Source of the DNA: an uncultured Acidimicrobiaceae bacterium
GTDB lineage: Bacteria; Actinomycetota; Acidimicrobiia; Spongiisociales; SHLN01
Length of the DNA: 64,000 nucleotides
NCBI GenBank assembly: GCA_947259275.1
Contig: CAMYMH010000001.1
Coordinates: forward strand, 37,397-101,396
Direction of reading: 5' to 3'
The notes below the pieces were generated by a model. The model did no database searches, was not told where the DNA came from, and saw only the letters and a list, made by a program, of their open reading frames with translations. Below are positions 38,524-48,718 of this stretch, piece by piece (positions within the stretch are counted from its first letter, which is position 1; each line of letters starts with the position of its first letter). The position numbers and the translations under genes were made by a program.

Positions 38524-38640
38524 TTGGCAACTGAGCACCAAGCAGGCAACTCGACATCGAGAACTACTCGCAAACGAGAGAACCGGCAAATCTCGCCGGC
38601 AGGACCATCCTCCTCTGGCAGCCGGCGGCGCGGGTTTGCC
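38524..38640 (+). repeat. degenerate copy D of the repeat family (5' A-rich part only)
   Basis: CAGGCAACTCGACATCGAGAACTACTCGCAAACGAGAGAACCGGCAAATCTCGCCGG…GCGGGTTTGCC parallels AGGCAACGCGACAACGAGAAACACTCGGAAACGACCGG…CGCGTTGCC. It lies between convergent gene ends. Confidence 0.4.
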
Positions 38641-38665
38641 TCGCTCGCCAAGTAATTCAGATTCG

Positions 38666-39487
38666 CTAGGTGGCGCCGCCGGCGATCTCGATGTTCACTC
38701 CGGTTAGATAGGAGGCTTCGTCCGAGAGGAGGAAGACGACCACCGAGGCGACTTCGTCGACGGACCCGTAACGCCGCAATGGCACCGAGCGGAGCATCTC
38801 CTCCGCCACCTCGGCCGGGTTGTCCGGGAAGTACTGACTGCCGACCTGTGCCTGTTGTTCGGTTTGGCGCCTCCACATGCGACCCGGGCCGATGAAGCCA
38901 GGAGACACTGCATTCACCCGGATGCCGATTGGCGCCAGGTCCTTGGCTGCGGTCGCAGTCATTGCGATCACGGCGTTCTTGGATGCGCTGTAGGCGATCA
39001 TGTTGGGGGGGCCGGCGAAGGCCATCGAGGCGGTGTTGACGATTGAACCGGCAAGACCCGATTGGCGGAGAAGGGCGCCGGCAGATTTGAGCACGTTGAA
39101 CGCCCCAACGACGTTGACGTCGAGCACCGTGCGGAATTCTTCCGACGGGTAGCGGTCCACGGTGGCGAAATCGCCTTGAACACCGGCGTTGTTGAACACC
39201 AGCTGGGGAGGGCCGAGCGCGGAGGCCGCCTGTCCGACCACTTGCTCTACTGCAGCCGCGTCTTTGACGTCGACGAAGTGGAAGCCAACCAGTTCAGGTG
39301 AGCTGAGACGACCACACGCCGCCGCCACCTCTCCGAGCGGGGTGTCGGGAAGGTCGAGGAGCGACAGGGCCGCTCCCGAACCGGCCAATCTCACGGCGAC
39401 AGCGCGCCCAATGTCTCCTGCCGCCCCCGTGATGAGCGCAGTCCTTCCGCTGAAATCCCAAACGGCGATCGTACGGTCAGCCGACAT
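38666..39487 (-). CDS. short-chain dehydrogenase/reductase (SDR)
   Basis: True start MSADRTIAVWDFSGRTALITGAAGDIGRAV (TGxxxGxG). Catalytic YSASK. The ORF-track start is over-extended. Confidence 0.8.
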   Translation of the reverse strand: MSADRTIAVWDFSGRTALITGAAGDIGRAVAVRLAGSGAALSLLDLPDTPLGEVAAACGRLSSPELVGFHFVDVKDAAAVEQVVGQAASALGPPQLVFNNAGVQGDFATVDRYPSEEFRTVLDVNVVGAFNVLKSAGALLRQSGLAGSIVNTASMAFAGPPNMIAYSASKNAVIAMTATAAKDLAPIGIRVNAVSPGFIGPGRMWRRQTEQQAQVGSQYFPDNPAEVAEEMLRSVPLRRYGSVDEVASVVVFLLSDEASYLTGVNIEIAGGAT

Positions 39488-39639
39488 GATCACTCCTGGT
39501 CGGTCTCGACCAGAGTCTGCCAGAACGCAGTGACCTTCTGCTCGGTGGCGCTTCCCACGGAACACGGTGGGTGGAGCTTCACGCTGGAGCCGGTGGTGCT
39601 TGGGCTCATAGCGGCGCCGAGCGGGGTCGGCGCCGCGCT

Positions 39640-39778
39640 GGGGGCAGTTGCGCTAGTCGGATTCGTAGCGCGTACTCCCGCCGAGCTGTGTTCGTTGGCT
39701 TCCCTGAAGGCGCCCGGGTTGCCCGCACCCGGCAGAGGTCGCTGGTTCAATCCCGGTGGCGCCCACTCCTTGATACCC
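39640..39778 (+). repeat. repeat element copy F (short form) preceded by a D-arm-like GCGC…GCGC hairpin
   Basis: …AAGGCG-CCCGGGTTGCC-CGCACCCGGCAGAGG-TCGCTGG-TTCAATC-CCGGT-GGCGCCC-A. Upstream is GGGGCAGTTGCGCTAGTCGGATTCGTAGCGCG. A standard cloverleaf cannot be completed. Confidence 0.45.
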
Positions 39779-40053
39779 GTTGGCGAGCCGCCGGAGGGAT
39801 CTGCGTTCCACTCGCTGTGAGCTGGGTCACTCGGTGGCCGATCCCTCCCATCGGTCGACATGGTGGGGCTCGATGCGGGGACCGTTTACGAGCGCGGCGT
39901 CCACAAAGCCCCAGGAAACGAGCTGGTGTGCGGTGTGTCCGACCTTCGGCGGAGATCTCCGACTTCGGGTGACGGGGGTGGCTGGATTTGCGGTCGTCGG
40001 CGACCGGCGCGGAGGAGTAGTGTCGTGTGTGGCTGCTACACGGGAGGAGACAC

Positions 40054-40374
40054 ATGCCGAAGTACCTATTCAAGGCCAGCTATACGCCCGAGGGCATCAG
40101 GGGAGCGATCAAGGACGGGGGGACCGGTCGCAAGAAGGCCGCCACCCACCTCTTTGAGAGCCTGGGAGGCACCGTCGAGTCTTTCTACTTCGCGTTTGGC
40201 GAAGCCGACGCATATGTGATCGCCGACCTGCCGGACAACGAGACGGCGGCTGCCGGCGCGGCTGCCGTTGGCTCGACGGGCGCGGTCTCGGTGAGCACGA
40301 CGGTCTTGCTCACCCCGGCCCAGGTCGATGAGGCCTTCGCCAAGACGGTCGACTATCGACCACCCGGCGCCTAG
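40054..40374 (+). CDS. GYD-domain protein
   Basis: MPKYLFKASYTPEGIRGAIKDGGTGRKKAATHLFESLGGTVESFYFAFGEADAYVIADLPD is the GYD family pattern. Confidence 0.6.
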   Translation: MPKYLFKASYTPEGIRGAIKDGGTGRKKAATHLFESLGGTVESFYFAFGEADAYVIADLPDNETAAAGAAAVGSTGAVSVSTTVLLTPAQVDEAFAKTVDYRPPGA

Positions 40375-40408
40375 TCGGTCCCGTTCGTAGTCGACGACGG
40401 GCAGATCC

Positions 40409-41284
40409 TCAGGACGCTACTTCGAACAGAATGAAGCCGCCGGCCGCCCAGGTGGGAGCCGGCTGGTCGTACAGCTTGGTCGAATCCGAGTAGGCGATGT
40501 CGAGCAGGGTGCCTTTCAGTGGACCTCGCAGGAATCGATAGAGCTGGCCGACATCACGGTCGTCGCTCTTGGCTGCAACACAATGCTGGTTGTAGCCCCA
40601 ATAATCGCCGTGCTCGATCAGCTCGATGCCTCGCTGCATGCTGGCGCCCGCCGCCCGCAGCCCTTCAGGCTCCGGGTCGAGCGCTTCCTCGGCCGGGGTG
40701 CCATAGCCGATGCCGTGATGAAACTGGTCGCCGGTTGCCACGATCACGGCATCCGCGGCGATGGCTGCGGTCTCTTCGATGTTGGGCAGATCGCCGGGGG
40801 AGCCCCCGGCCAAGTAGGGATATCGCTCGATGAGCCTGCGATCGGCGATGCCCCGTCGCTCGGTCTCCGCCGCCCAGAAGTGGCGCAGGCTGCGCATGGA
40901 GTGGTCGCCGCGCCACTCGTCCCGGAATTCGAGCCCGGGCCCCTGAATGCCCCAGGTGTCGTGATCAGAGGGGGAGCCGCCGGCGGCGACGTCCCGGCGG
41001 GCCGCCTCCATCTCCTCGGTGAACGCATGCAGCACGCTGATGGCGAGCACGGTGTCCGCCCCGCTGTCGAGGCAGGCATTGACCGCGGCGGCCACATGCA
41101 GACCGCAGTCGGCGACACCGACATGGGCGAAGGTGAGCACGCCGCCGTCGGCCAGCGGTTGGCTGAGATCCCAGCGGCGCGCATCGTCGAGCATCCGATG
41201 AGTCCCGGCCACGCCGAGGTCTGCGTGATCCCCCCGATAGAGCTCGTTGACGCGCTGCTGGAGGGCGGAGCGGTCCAGATCCAT
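40409..41284 (-). CDS. class III extradiol dioxygenase (LigB/DODA-like) family protein
   Basis: FAHVGVADCG resembles LGHGSP, and VIVATGDQFHHGIGYG resembles LVASGNVVHN. Start MDLDRSALQQ at 41282-41284, 7 nt after the upstream gene stop. Confidence 0.45.
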   Translation of the reverse strand: MDLDRSALQQRVNELYRGDHADLGVAGTHRMLDDARRWDLSQPLADGGVLTFAHVGVADCGLHVAAAVNACLDSGADTVLAISVLHAFTEEMEAARRDVAAGGSPSDHDTWGIQGPGLEFRDEWRGDHSMRSLRHFWAAETERRGIADRRLIERYPYLAGGSPGDLPNIEETAAIAADAVIVATGDQFHHGIGYGTPAEEALDPEPEGLRAAGASMQRGIELIEHGDYWGYNQHCVAAKSDDRDVGQLYRFLRGPLKGTLLDIAYSDSTKLYDQPAPTWAAGGFILFEVAS

Positions 41285-41291
41285 CGGAGCT

Positions 41292-42671
41292 CTAGACCCA
41301 GAGCCGGTCGAACACGTCGAGCCACAGCTGAGTTGTGAGCTTGAGCGACTCAACGTCGATGCGCTCGTTGTGCCCGTGGAAGCGGTTGAGAAACTCGGCC
41401 ATCGGCACCTGGGGGCTGAGGAGACCGGCCCCGTATGACGGCACGCCGCGGCGCCGGAAATAGCGGGCGTCGGTGCCGCCGGTCACCATGCTCGGTAGTA
41501 CTTCAGCGCCCGGGTAGGCAACCGATATCGCATCCACCAGCGCATCCCATACCGGGGTTCCGGTCGGGGATGAACTCGGCTCGAGGGCGAGGTCGTCGAT
41601 GTTGGGGAACAGGGGCTCGACGTCGACCGAGGCCATCAGTTCCTCACCGATGGCCTCGCGCAGGTAGCGGTCGACGTCTTCATCGGTGTCGCCGTGAACC
41701 GTGCGAACGTCGAGTACCAGCTCGGCCCGGTCGGGAATGGTGTTGGCCTTGTGTCCGCTCGCCAGCACGTTGGGGCTGAAACTGGTGTGGCAGCACGAGT
41801 GCAGGTTGCGGGCCAGCCCGGCCGGCAGCTCGGCGAGTGCGCCGTAGAGCCGGGCCGGGTCCAGCAGTCGCTGCTGCATCTGTTCGGAGACGCCCATCGC
41901 CTTGACCCGGGCGGCGAACATCTCGTCGAGTTGCGGTCCCGGGTTGTACTCGGCCAGGCGACGCACGATCTCGGCCGACTTGATGAGCGCGCTGTTCGCC
42001 AGGTACGGCATCGAGCCGTGGCCGGGCTCGCCGTGCACGATGAGCCGGCGCGGGCTGCCTCCTTTCTCGGCGGTCGTGAGCAGCACGATGGTGCCATCGT
42101 TGCCGGTCATCGGCGTGCCGCCGTACTCGGTGAGCACGTAATCGCAGCGGAGCGCTTCCCACTCGTTCGCCACCAGATGTCCGGCTCCGTGCAGGCCGCC
42201 GTGCTCCTCATCGGCCACCGCCAAGTACACGATGTCGCCCGGGTAGCGAGTGCCCGACCGGACGATGTGGCGGAATGCCACCGCCATCGAGGAGGTCAGG
42301 TTCAGCATGTCGACCGCGCCCCGGCCCCAAACTTCGTCAACCCCCTCCGGGGAGGTGATTCGCTCACCCGCAAACGGATCGACGTCCCAGCCGTCGGGGC
42401 TGACCGGGACGACGTCGGTGTGGCCCATCAGACATAGCGTTGGGGCGTCTGGGTCGGTGCCCTGGTACCTCGCCACCAGCGAGGTGCGGCCCGGCGCGGT
42501 CTCGAACAGCTTGATATCGACCTCAGGGCTCGCCAATTCGGTCGCCAGCAGCCGGGCGCTGCGTACCTCGTGGCCCGACTCGTCGGTTCCTTCGTTCACG
42601 CACTGGTTCTGGATGAGCGCTCGAAGCAGCTCAACGGTTTCGCCGGTGAGTCTCTCGATGTCGGCAGTCAT
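41292..42671 (-). CDS. M20-family metallopeptidase (ArgE/DapE/CPG2-like)
   Basis: LMGHTDVVPV, GRGAVDM and EEHGG metal-ligand motifs. 459 aa. Confidence 0.8.
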   Translation of the reverse strand: MTADIERLTGETVELLRALIQNQCVNEGTDESGHEVRSARLLATELASPEVDIKLFETAPGRTSLVARYQGTDPDAPTLCLMGHTDVVPVSPDGWDVDPFAGERITSPEGVDEVWGRGAVDMLNLTSSMAVAFRHIVRSGTRYPGDIVYLAVADEEHGGLHGAGHLVANEWEALRCDYVLTEYGGTPMTGNDGTIVLLTTAEKGGSPRRLIVHGEPGHGSMPYLANSALIKSAEIVRRLAEYNPGPQLDEMFAARVKAMGVSEQMQQRLLDPARLYGALAELPAGLARNLHSCCHTSFSPNVLASGHKANTIPDRAELVLDVRTVHGDTDEDVDRYLREAIGEELMASVDVEPLFPNIDDLALEPSSSPTGTPVWDALVDAISVAYPGAEVLPSMVTGGTDARYFRRRGVPSYGAGLLSPQVPMAEFLNRFHGHNERIDVESLKLTTQLWLDVFDRLWV

Positions 42672-42780
42672 GGCACACGCTCCCGCTAGCAGCTGATCCG
42701 TGCCACGTTACGAGATCCGGCCCGGCTTCGCAGCCTCAGAGACCTCACAATGGGACACGTGTTTCTGGGGCTGGTTGGCG

Positions 42781-43785
42781 TCAGCCGGTCGTGGTCAGGG
42801 CGCCGTCGAAGACTCGGCGGATGCGGACCCATTGGTAGGTGAGGAACCGGGAGGGGGCACCGATCGGCTCGAAGGGAACGGGGTCGATGAGCCGCTTGCC
42901 GTAGTTCTTGGCCAGGGTGACCCGGCCATCGACGGTGATGCTGTTCATATCCAGCACGGTTTCACACACCCAGTCGTGTCGGATCAGGGTGGGGTCGGCG
43001 TCGGCGATGCCCTGCAGCATGTCGACGAGGTCCGAGCGATAATCGCCGACGAGGAACGATTGGGTCAGATGCCGGAACAACGGCTTGTCGACGGCGCTCT
43101 TCTTGTAGAGACGATGGATTCGCAGGTAGTCGAGGGCTTCGGCCAGTCGCCGGCGTACGGCGGGCGATCGGCGCTCCGGCGGGATGGCGGCGAAGGCTCG
43201 GAAGGCGCCGGCGACGCCGTGGTAGCAGGACACGGAGTCCCAGCAGCCGTAGTTCTGCGGCGCCTTGTAGGGCCATGGTTCCTTACCCCCCGCCCGGGTG
43301 GCTTTGTGGTCGAACCGCTGATGGTCGACGAGCCATCTGATAGCCGACTGGACGATCTCGGTGTCGAGGGCGCCCATACCGATGAGGGCGGTCGACACCA
43401 CGCCCAGATAACACGGGAGAATCCCTGAGCCGCCGGTCGTGTATGACAGAGCCCCTTTGCCGAGGTGGTGCTCGCGTAGGTAATCGATGGTGCGCCGCAC
43501 CGGCTGGTCGGTGATATCGAGTCCGCATCTGTGCATGAGCGAGAGTGCAGTGAAGGAGGGCTGAGCGGTGACGGTCTTTTGTTCGAATGGGAAACTGCCA
43601 TCCGCCAGCTGCAAGTCGAGGACTTGGCGGAGAGGCTCCCAGCCCAGGATGTCCCGGCGCAGCTGCGACAGAGTTTCGGGCGAAGGCCGCGGTTTGAGGA
43701 GGTCCCGGGCGGTGAGGTATCTGATCGGCGGGTTGTTGGGCGAAGACAACCAATCGATCAGCTCTTGGTCGGACCCGGATCGCAT
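42781..43785 (-). CDS. hypothetical protein, possibly alpha/alpha-toroid (LanC-like or terpenoid-cyclase-like) fold
   Basis: Trp/Gly/His-rich repeats, including NYGCWDSVSCYHGVAG, which resembles the LanC CHG motif. No confident family call. Confidence 0.35.
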   Translation of the reverse strand: MRSGSDQELIDWLSSPNNPPIRYLTARDLLKPRPSPETLSQLRRDILGWEPLRQVLDLQLADGSFPFEQKTVTAQPSFTALSLMHRCGLDITDQPVRRTIDYLREHHLGKGALSYTTGGSGILPCYLGVVSTALIGMGALDTEIVQSAIRWLVDHQRFDHKATRAGGKEPWPYKAPQNYGCWDSVSCYHGVAGAFRAFAAIPPERRSPAVRRRLAEALDYLRIHRLYKKSAVDKPLFRHLTQSFLVGDYRSDLVDMLQGIADADPTLIRHDWVCETVLDMNSITVDGRVTLAKNYGKRLIDPVPFEPIGAPSRFLTYQWVRIRRVFDGALTTTG

Positions 43786-43981
43786 ACCGCCATTCTCGCA
43801 TCCGCCCACCGAGGGCGATAGCCGCGCACCCGCGCTTGCTTCTTGGCCATCTCGAGCCAGGGTGCCATCGACCCCTCCTCCGGTGGGCAGGGAGGGCCGA
43901 AGCCGCTACCCGGAGCGGCTGCCATTCACGAAAGGTGGCAAATCCCTCCTTGGCGACGCATGCCGGGGTCGGGGCGGTGGA

Positions 43982-44758
43982 TCAGCGCTCAAACACCGTG
44001 CTGAGGCCGCCGATCACCGAACCTTCGTCCTGACCACTGCCGCGCGGCGTGATGCGGTCGGCCAATCGAGAGAAGGGGAGCGACTGTACCCATACCCGGC
44101 CGGTTCCTTGCAGGGTGGCGAGGAACAGCCCTTCGCCGCCGAACACCTGTGACTTGAGCTTGCCGGCCCTGGCGATGTCATAGTTCACGCTCGGTTCGAA
44201 GGCCACCAGGCAGCCGGTGTCGACTCGCAGCGAGCCGCCATCCAGCTTGCGTTCGATGACCGTTCCACCAGCATGGATGAACACGAGGCCGTCGCCCTGC
44301 AGGTCTTGCAGAATGAACCCCTCGCCGCCGAAGAAGCCGGCTCCCAGCTTCTTGTTGAAGGCGATCCCAACCTTGGTTCCCTTGGCGGCGCACAAGAATG
44401 CGTCCTTCTGGCAGATGAGCCGGCCGCCCACCGAGCTGAGATCGACCGGGATGATCTTGCCCGGGTACGGGGCGGCAAAGGACACCCGGGACTTCCCACC
44501 ACCCTGATTGGTGAAGTGGGTCATGAACAGCGATTCGCCGGTTATCACCCGCTTACCCGCCCCCTTCAGCTTCCCGAACAGGCCCTGGTCGGGCTCCGAT
44601 CCATCGCCCATCACCGCCTCGAACTCAATGCCGTCGTCCACGTACATCATGGCTCCGGCCTCGGCGATCACGGTCTCGTTCAGATCCAATTCGATCTCGA
44701 CGAACTGCATGTCGTCGCCATAGATCTGGTAGTCGACTTCGTGGCTGCTAGCCATCAT
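43982..44758 (-). CDS. AIM24/DUF124 (TIGR00266) family protein
   Basis: 258 aa. Gly-rich beta-strand repeats (GESLFMTHF…[22 protein letters not shown]) typical of the family. Confidence 0.65.
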   Translation of the reverse strand: MMASSHEVDYQIYGDDMQFVEIELDLNETVIAEAGAMMYVDDGIEFEAVMGDGSEPDQGLFGKLKGAGKRVITGESLFMTHFTNQGGGKSRVSFAAPYPGKIIPVDLSSVGGRLICQKDAFLCAAKGTKVGIAFNKKLGAGFFGGEGFILQDLQGDGLVFIHAGGTVIERKLDGGSLRVDTGCLVAFEPSVNYDIARAGKLKSQVFGGEGLFLATLQGTGRVWVQSLPFSRLADRITPRGSGQDEGSVIGGLSTVFER

Positions 44759-45189
44759 TCCCCCTTCGGTTCGTTGGTGAACACTCCAACGTTAGGAATG
44801 CCAACCGGCCGCCAGATAGCATTCGGGTCAGTTTCTCCGGCTAGACCGGTACCGGTCGGTGAATCCCCCCGGCTTCGCCGAGGGAAGGGTCTCCTCGCGT
44901 CGAGTCGGCTGATCGGGCTAAACACGTTGAACTATTTGGAGCTCTAGGGTCGGCTACCCGGTGCCGCAGGAACCAGGTTTCCATCACTCCCTTGCCCGTG
45001 AGCCGGACCTCGCCCCACCGCTGGCAGATGAATGAACCGGCGATGAGCTCCTTGGTGCGCGGCTGATCTGGCTCCCACCCGGCACTCCATGCGATTCCAT
45101 GCGACCGGTTCTGGCGGACGTCGAGCAGAGAGATTGCTCCATGACTCGAATTCCTCCACCCGGCCTGTCCGGTATGCCACCCTGATGAG

Positions 45190-45795
45190 ATGTTGGAGAA
45201 GGATGGCCGTCTGTCGCCTTCGAAATGGCGGATCGTGGTCGTCGTCGTGTTCGGCGGCCTCGCCGTGGCTGCCGGAGTTTCCACGTCTGTTGGCCGAGTG
45301 GTCCTGGCGATCGGAGCAGTGGTCCTTGTCCTCGTGACGGGCGTCGGATTCGCGGCCCAGCGCCATATCAAGAGGAAGTTCCCGCCGGTGCCTTTCGATC
45401 GGAGGGATGTCTCCAGGGTGAAGCAGATGATCGATTCGGCCGGGTCACGGTTGGCGGCGGGTGATGCTGCTGCCTTCGCTATCCACACGAGTGGCGATGA
45501 CTCCGGAGACGCCGAAGGCCAGATCTGGCTGTTCGCCGCCGAAGACGGAGTACTCGAACGGGTGGCCATTGAACTCGCACTTCCTGACTCCGTCGACGCC
45601 TCTCACCTGCCTGCCGACCTGGAGTCGCTGCTCCGAGAGGGGTGGGAGGTTCAAGCGTCTCAACCGGAGTGGGTGGTTTTCACCCGGTCCGACGAGATCG
45701 ATACCGGGGAGCTGGTGGCCGTGGTGATGGACAGCCTCACGAGACTGTTCGATGTCCCGCCCGGAGCGAGGTGGAGCTGCCGGGCCTCGGCTTGA
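45190..45795 (+). CDS. hypothetical membrane-anchored protein
   Basis: Two N-terminal TM helices followed by an acidic soluble domain. No motif recognised. Confidence 0.4.
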   Translation: MLEKDGRLSPSKWRIVVVVVFGGLAVAAGVSTSVGRVVLAIGAVVLVLVTGVGFAAQRHIKRKFPPVPFDRRDVSRVKQMIDSAGSRLAAGDAAAFAIHTSGDDSGDAEGQIWLFAAEDGVLERVAIELALPDSVDASHLPADLESLLREGWEVQASQPEWVVFTRSDEIDTGELVAVVMDSLTRLFDVPPGARWSCRASA

Positions 45796-45868
45796 TCCGG
45801 TTTCCTGGTTGCGGAGCCATCCGGCCGGGCAATTAATCTGAGCGGCACTCACGCCGTAGGGGGCCTCC

Positions 45869-47704
45869 ATGAGCAAGCGTCGGCGACGGAAGCAACTCTC
45901 CCAACTTGCCCCCGATGGCCTGCCCCTGCCTCTCAGGTGGCGGCCCCGGGTGCGGATCTTCGGCCTCATTAGTGGAGCGATCGGAGGCCTGGGCGCGGTA
46001 GTCCTCGTCCAGCAGTACGGGATCGCACCGCTGGGCCGGGCGCTCACCTTGCAAGGGCTCATCGGAGGAGCTATCGCCGGCATCGTGGTTCCGTCCGTCG
46101 TGTTCGCGTTCGTGGTTCGCAGATACAACCGAAAGCTGGCCGAGGCGCGCGAACGCCTCCCGGGCGGGCCGGCCGCGTCCCCCGGCGTAGGCGCCGCAGT
46201 TCTGTTCGTCATGCTGCTCGGCACGTTCACCGCCTTCGGTGCCGGAGCTGCTTACGCGGAGGGTCAGGGGCCATGCCGGTTGACCGTCGAGGGCCGGGAC
46301 GTCGCCGGCCTGAGACTGACCGCGTCCGACGCCATCCTGGTTGAGAGCGAGTCATCGTTCATCGCGTCGATGAGCTGGCCGTCGGATTTCGCGTCCTTCG
46401 AGGTCCGGTTCTTCTATGCCGGTTTCAGCTACGGGTTCGGCGACAGCGAGGTGGACGAAGACGTGAGCGACGGCGGCGCCGACAGCGGGACCGTCGAACT
46501 TCCGGTCGACCTCTTCTTCCAATACGCCGGCGGCCTATACGAAGTGCACGTCGACGGTGTGCTGGTCAATGGCCAGAGCTGCAACTTCGCGATGCTGTTC
46601 GACGTCGACCGCAACCCGCTCGATACGGTGATAGGGAAAGTGGCGCTTGGCACCGCGGCAGTCGGAGCCATCGGAGTCCTCGGAGTCGGGACGGCGGCTG
46701 CTGTTGACGGGGCGCGCACGATCGGCGATCTCACGTCCATGCTCTCGGACATCCCGGGCAGTGTGTTCGACCCTACCGGCGTGGCCGTCGACGCCGACGG
46801 GGTCAAGGATGCGGCCGAGCCGGCGGGTCATGCTGCTCCCGATCGGGTGGAACCTGCCGGGAGAACCGCTCCCGAGCCGAGGGTGGTCACGGATGCGGCT
46901 ACGCCGGCACCTGAGCCAGCTCCTGGACCGAAGGCGACCCCGGACGCTGCTGAGCCGGCTGGTGCTGAGCCGAAGGTGACTCCGGATGCAGCTGAGCCGG
47001 CTGGTGCTGAGCCGAAGGTCGCTCCGGATGCGCCTGGGCCGGCTGGCAAGGCTGGGCCTGAGCCGAAGGTGGCTCCGGGTATTGGTGAGCCAGTGGCCGA
47101 CGCTGCTCGAGAGCCGGAAGTGGCTCCGGATGCGGCTGAGCCGGCGGCTGGCTCTGCTCCCCGGCCAACCGACGGACCGGTCGAGCCAGTCGGGGGCGAC
47201 GCTGCTCCTGACGGCGCCGTCATCGAGTCGGCCGGACCCGGTCCCTCGGAACCCGCCGTGACCGACCCACCCCCCGCCGCCGGCACCGCTGCCGTAACCG
47301 ACGTACCAGGCGGAGAATCCACAGCCGGCGAAGTGTCCCCACCTGATCTAACTTTCGTCGAGCCATCTGAGGCCGCCACCTTGGAGCCAACGGGAGGAGT
47401 CTCGGGCGGCAAGGTAGGAATGGCTGCAGCTGCGGTCCTCACCCCGGCGCTCCTGGGATCTCTGGAGAGAACCGCCAAGGGACGCTCGAGCGGGGCCGCA
47501 CCGACCGCGGCCCCATTCTGGTTCTACGTCACGCGGTCAACTCCGTTATTCGGACTCAGCGACTACGGCACCATCGTGGGTGAGCTGTCACCCGGCACCT
47601 GGTATCTAGCGCAAGGGACGTATGGCGAGTGGGTCCACGCGGTCGACCGCGCCACCAACGTCCAAGGCTGGGTGGCGGCCCAAGCAGCCCTGCCGGCGCC
47701 GTGA
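45869..47704 (+). CDS. 611-aa multi-TM surface protein with ectodomain, second TM, PDAAEPAGAEPKVT 14-aa tandem repeats and a C-terminal SH3b-like domain. Paralogue of the 23553/26600 pair
   Basis: Three N-terminal TMs. TM VALGTAAVGAIGVLGVGTAAAV. Repeats as above. C-terminus FWFYVTRSTPLFGLSDYGTIVGELSPGTWYLAQGTYGEWVHAVDRATNVQGWV. Confidence 0.6.
   Translation: MSKRRRRKQLSQLAPDGLPLPLRWRPRVRIFGLISGAIGGLGAVVLVQQYGIAPLGRALTLQGLIGGAIAGIVVPSVVFAFVVRRYNRKLAEARERLPGGPAASPGVGAAVLFVMLLGTFTAFGAGAAYAEGQGPCRLTVEGRDVAGLRLTASDAILVESESSFIASMSWPSDFASFEVRFFYAGFSYGFGDSEVDEDVSDGGADSGTVELPVDLFFQYAGGLYEVHVDGVLVNGQSCNFAMLFDVDRNPLDTVIGKVALGTAAVGAIGVLGVGTAAAVDGARTIGDLTSMLSDIPGSVFDPTGVAVDADGVKDAAEPAGHAAPDRVEPAGRTAPEPRVVTDAATPAPEPAPGPKATPDAAEPAGAEPKVTPDAAEPAGAEPKVAPDAPGPAGKAGPEPKVAPGIGEPVADAAREPEVAPDAAEPAAGSAPRPTDGPVEPVGGDAAPDGAVIESAGPGPSEPAVTDPPPAAGTAAVTDVPGGESTAGEVSPPDLTFVEPSEAATLEPTGGVSGGKVGMAAAAVLTPALLGSLERTAKGRSSGAAPTAAPFWFYVTRSTPLFGLSDYGTIVGELSPGTWYLAQGTYGEWVHAVDRATNVQGWVAAQAALPAP
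46915..47090 (+). repeat. 42-nt tandem repeat (about 3.5 units) encoding PDAAEPAGAEPKVT
   Basis: gacgctgctgagccggctggtgctgagccgaaggtgactccg is repeated with minor variants. Confidence 0.6.
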
Positions 47705-47705
47705 A

Positions 47706-47933
47706 CACTCAGAACTCTATGAGACGGGTCGTAAGCAGCCGACGCTGGCGACACTTACCAAGCTGGTTGGCGCCGCCGGGCTCGAGCTGCGGGTGCGGTT
47801 GGTGCCCCGTGACTATCACGACGAGAGCCTCGACTCGTTTCTGTCATCCCTTCCAGCGTCGGAGCGGGCCGACATCGAAGCGGCTCGGCAGCAGCGTGCC
47901 GCCGAGGCCCGGCTTCGGCGCGTCCGGAAATAG
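47706..47933 (+). pseudogene. N-terminally truncated XRE-family HTH protein (antitoxin-like remnant)
   Basis: …RRREHSELYETGRKQPTLATLTKLVGAAGLELRVRLVP is the helix-3/C-terminal part of an HTH_XRE domain. Its N-terminus is overwritten by the 3' end of the SH3b gene. Its stop abuts the NTase ATG. Confidence 0.35.
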
Positions 47934-48557
47934 ATGCCGACGCCCAACGTCGATGCCCACCGCATGCTGGCGGTGCTGCAGCATCACCGGGTCGACTATG
48001 TGGTGATCGGCGGGTTCGCCATCGAGCTGCACGATGTGGCGGTGCCTCCGACCCGGGATATCGACATCACTCCCGCATCCACCGCCGCCAACCTGCGGCG
48101 ACTCGCCGCCGCCCTCACCGAGCTGGAAGCCCGCTTCCGTGTGGCGGGCGGTGGGTCGCTTCCATACCTTCCGTCGGGCGCGGCTGCGCCCGACCCGGTA
48201 GAGGTATCCGCCGGGGTTGTCCAACTCCCGAACCCGGGGCCAATGACGCCAGGCGTAGACAAGGGCGTCCACGGTCGCTTCCCGGCCCGCGTCAGGCCCG
48301 TAGCCTGCCACCAACGCCCGCTGGAGGCCCGGTTCGGTTGCGAGCACGAAATCCGAAAAGGCCGATTCCGCGGTGTGGGGGATCTGTTTCACAATCATCT
48401 ACCCCATAGAGGGTCGGCGGATCGATCCTGTATGACAAGGAGTTTCGAGTTTCCAGGACGCCCTCGGCCTTGGGTGGAGCATCTCGTATCGGATGCCGCC
48501 ACGACTACTTGTGCTTGGTTCAACGCAAGCATGGGTTTGACGACCCTGCCTTCATAG
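47934..48557 (+). CDS. minimal nucleotidyltransferase (AbiEii/MNT-like), possibly degraded at its C-terminus
   Basis: VVIGGFAIELHDVAVPPTRDIDI has the GG…D.D NTase-fold motif. The sequence after about residue 110 is low-complexity. Confidence 0.4.
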   Translation: MPTPNVDAHRMLAVLQHHRVDYVVIGGFAIELHDVAVPPTRDIDITPASTAANLRRLAAALTELEARFRVAGGGSLPYLPSGAAAPDPVEVSAGVVQLPNPGPMTPGVDKGVHGRFPARVRPVACHQRPLEARFGCEHEIRKGRFRGVGDLFHNHLPHRGSADRSCMTRSFEFPGRPRPWVEHLVSDAATTTCAWFNASMGLTTLPS

Positions 48558-48718
48558 TCCTCGATCTTGGAGCCGGGCTCGGCGTCATACTGGGAGTCCC
48601 GTGGCAATCCCCGCTGCCAGAATGCTGCCCCTGACACCGAGGAGATGGTGCTGATCTTGGAGGCGGCCGGTGGCGATTCTGCCTGGGGTATGGTGACACG
48701 CCTACCTGTTGAGGGACC

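Noticed and set aside
47934-48557. NTase as a CBASS cGAS/DncV-like cyclase.
   Set aside because: At about 110 aa of recognisable fold it is far too small for a CD-NTase. It has an upstream HTH partner typical of AbiE/MNT-type pairs. Recorded only as part of a speculative module.
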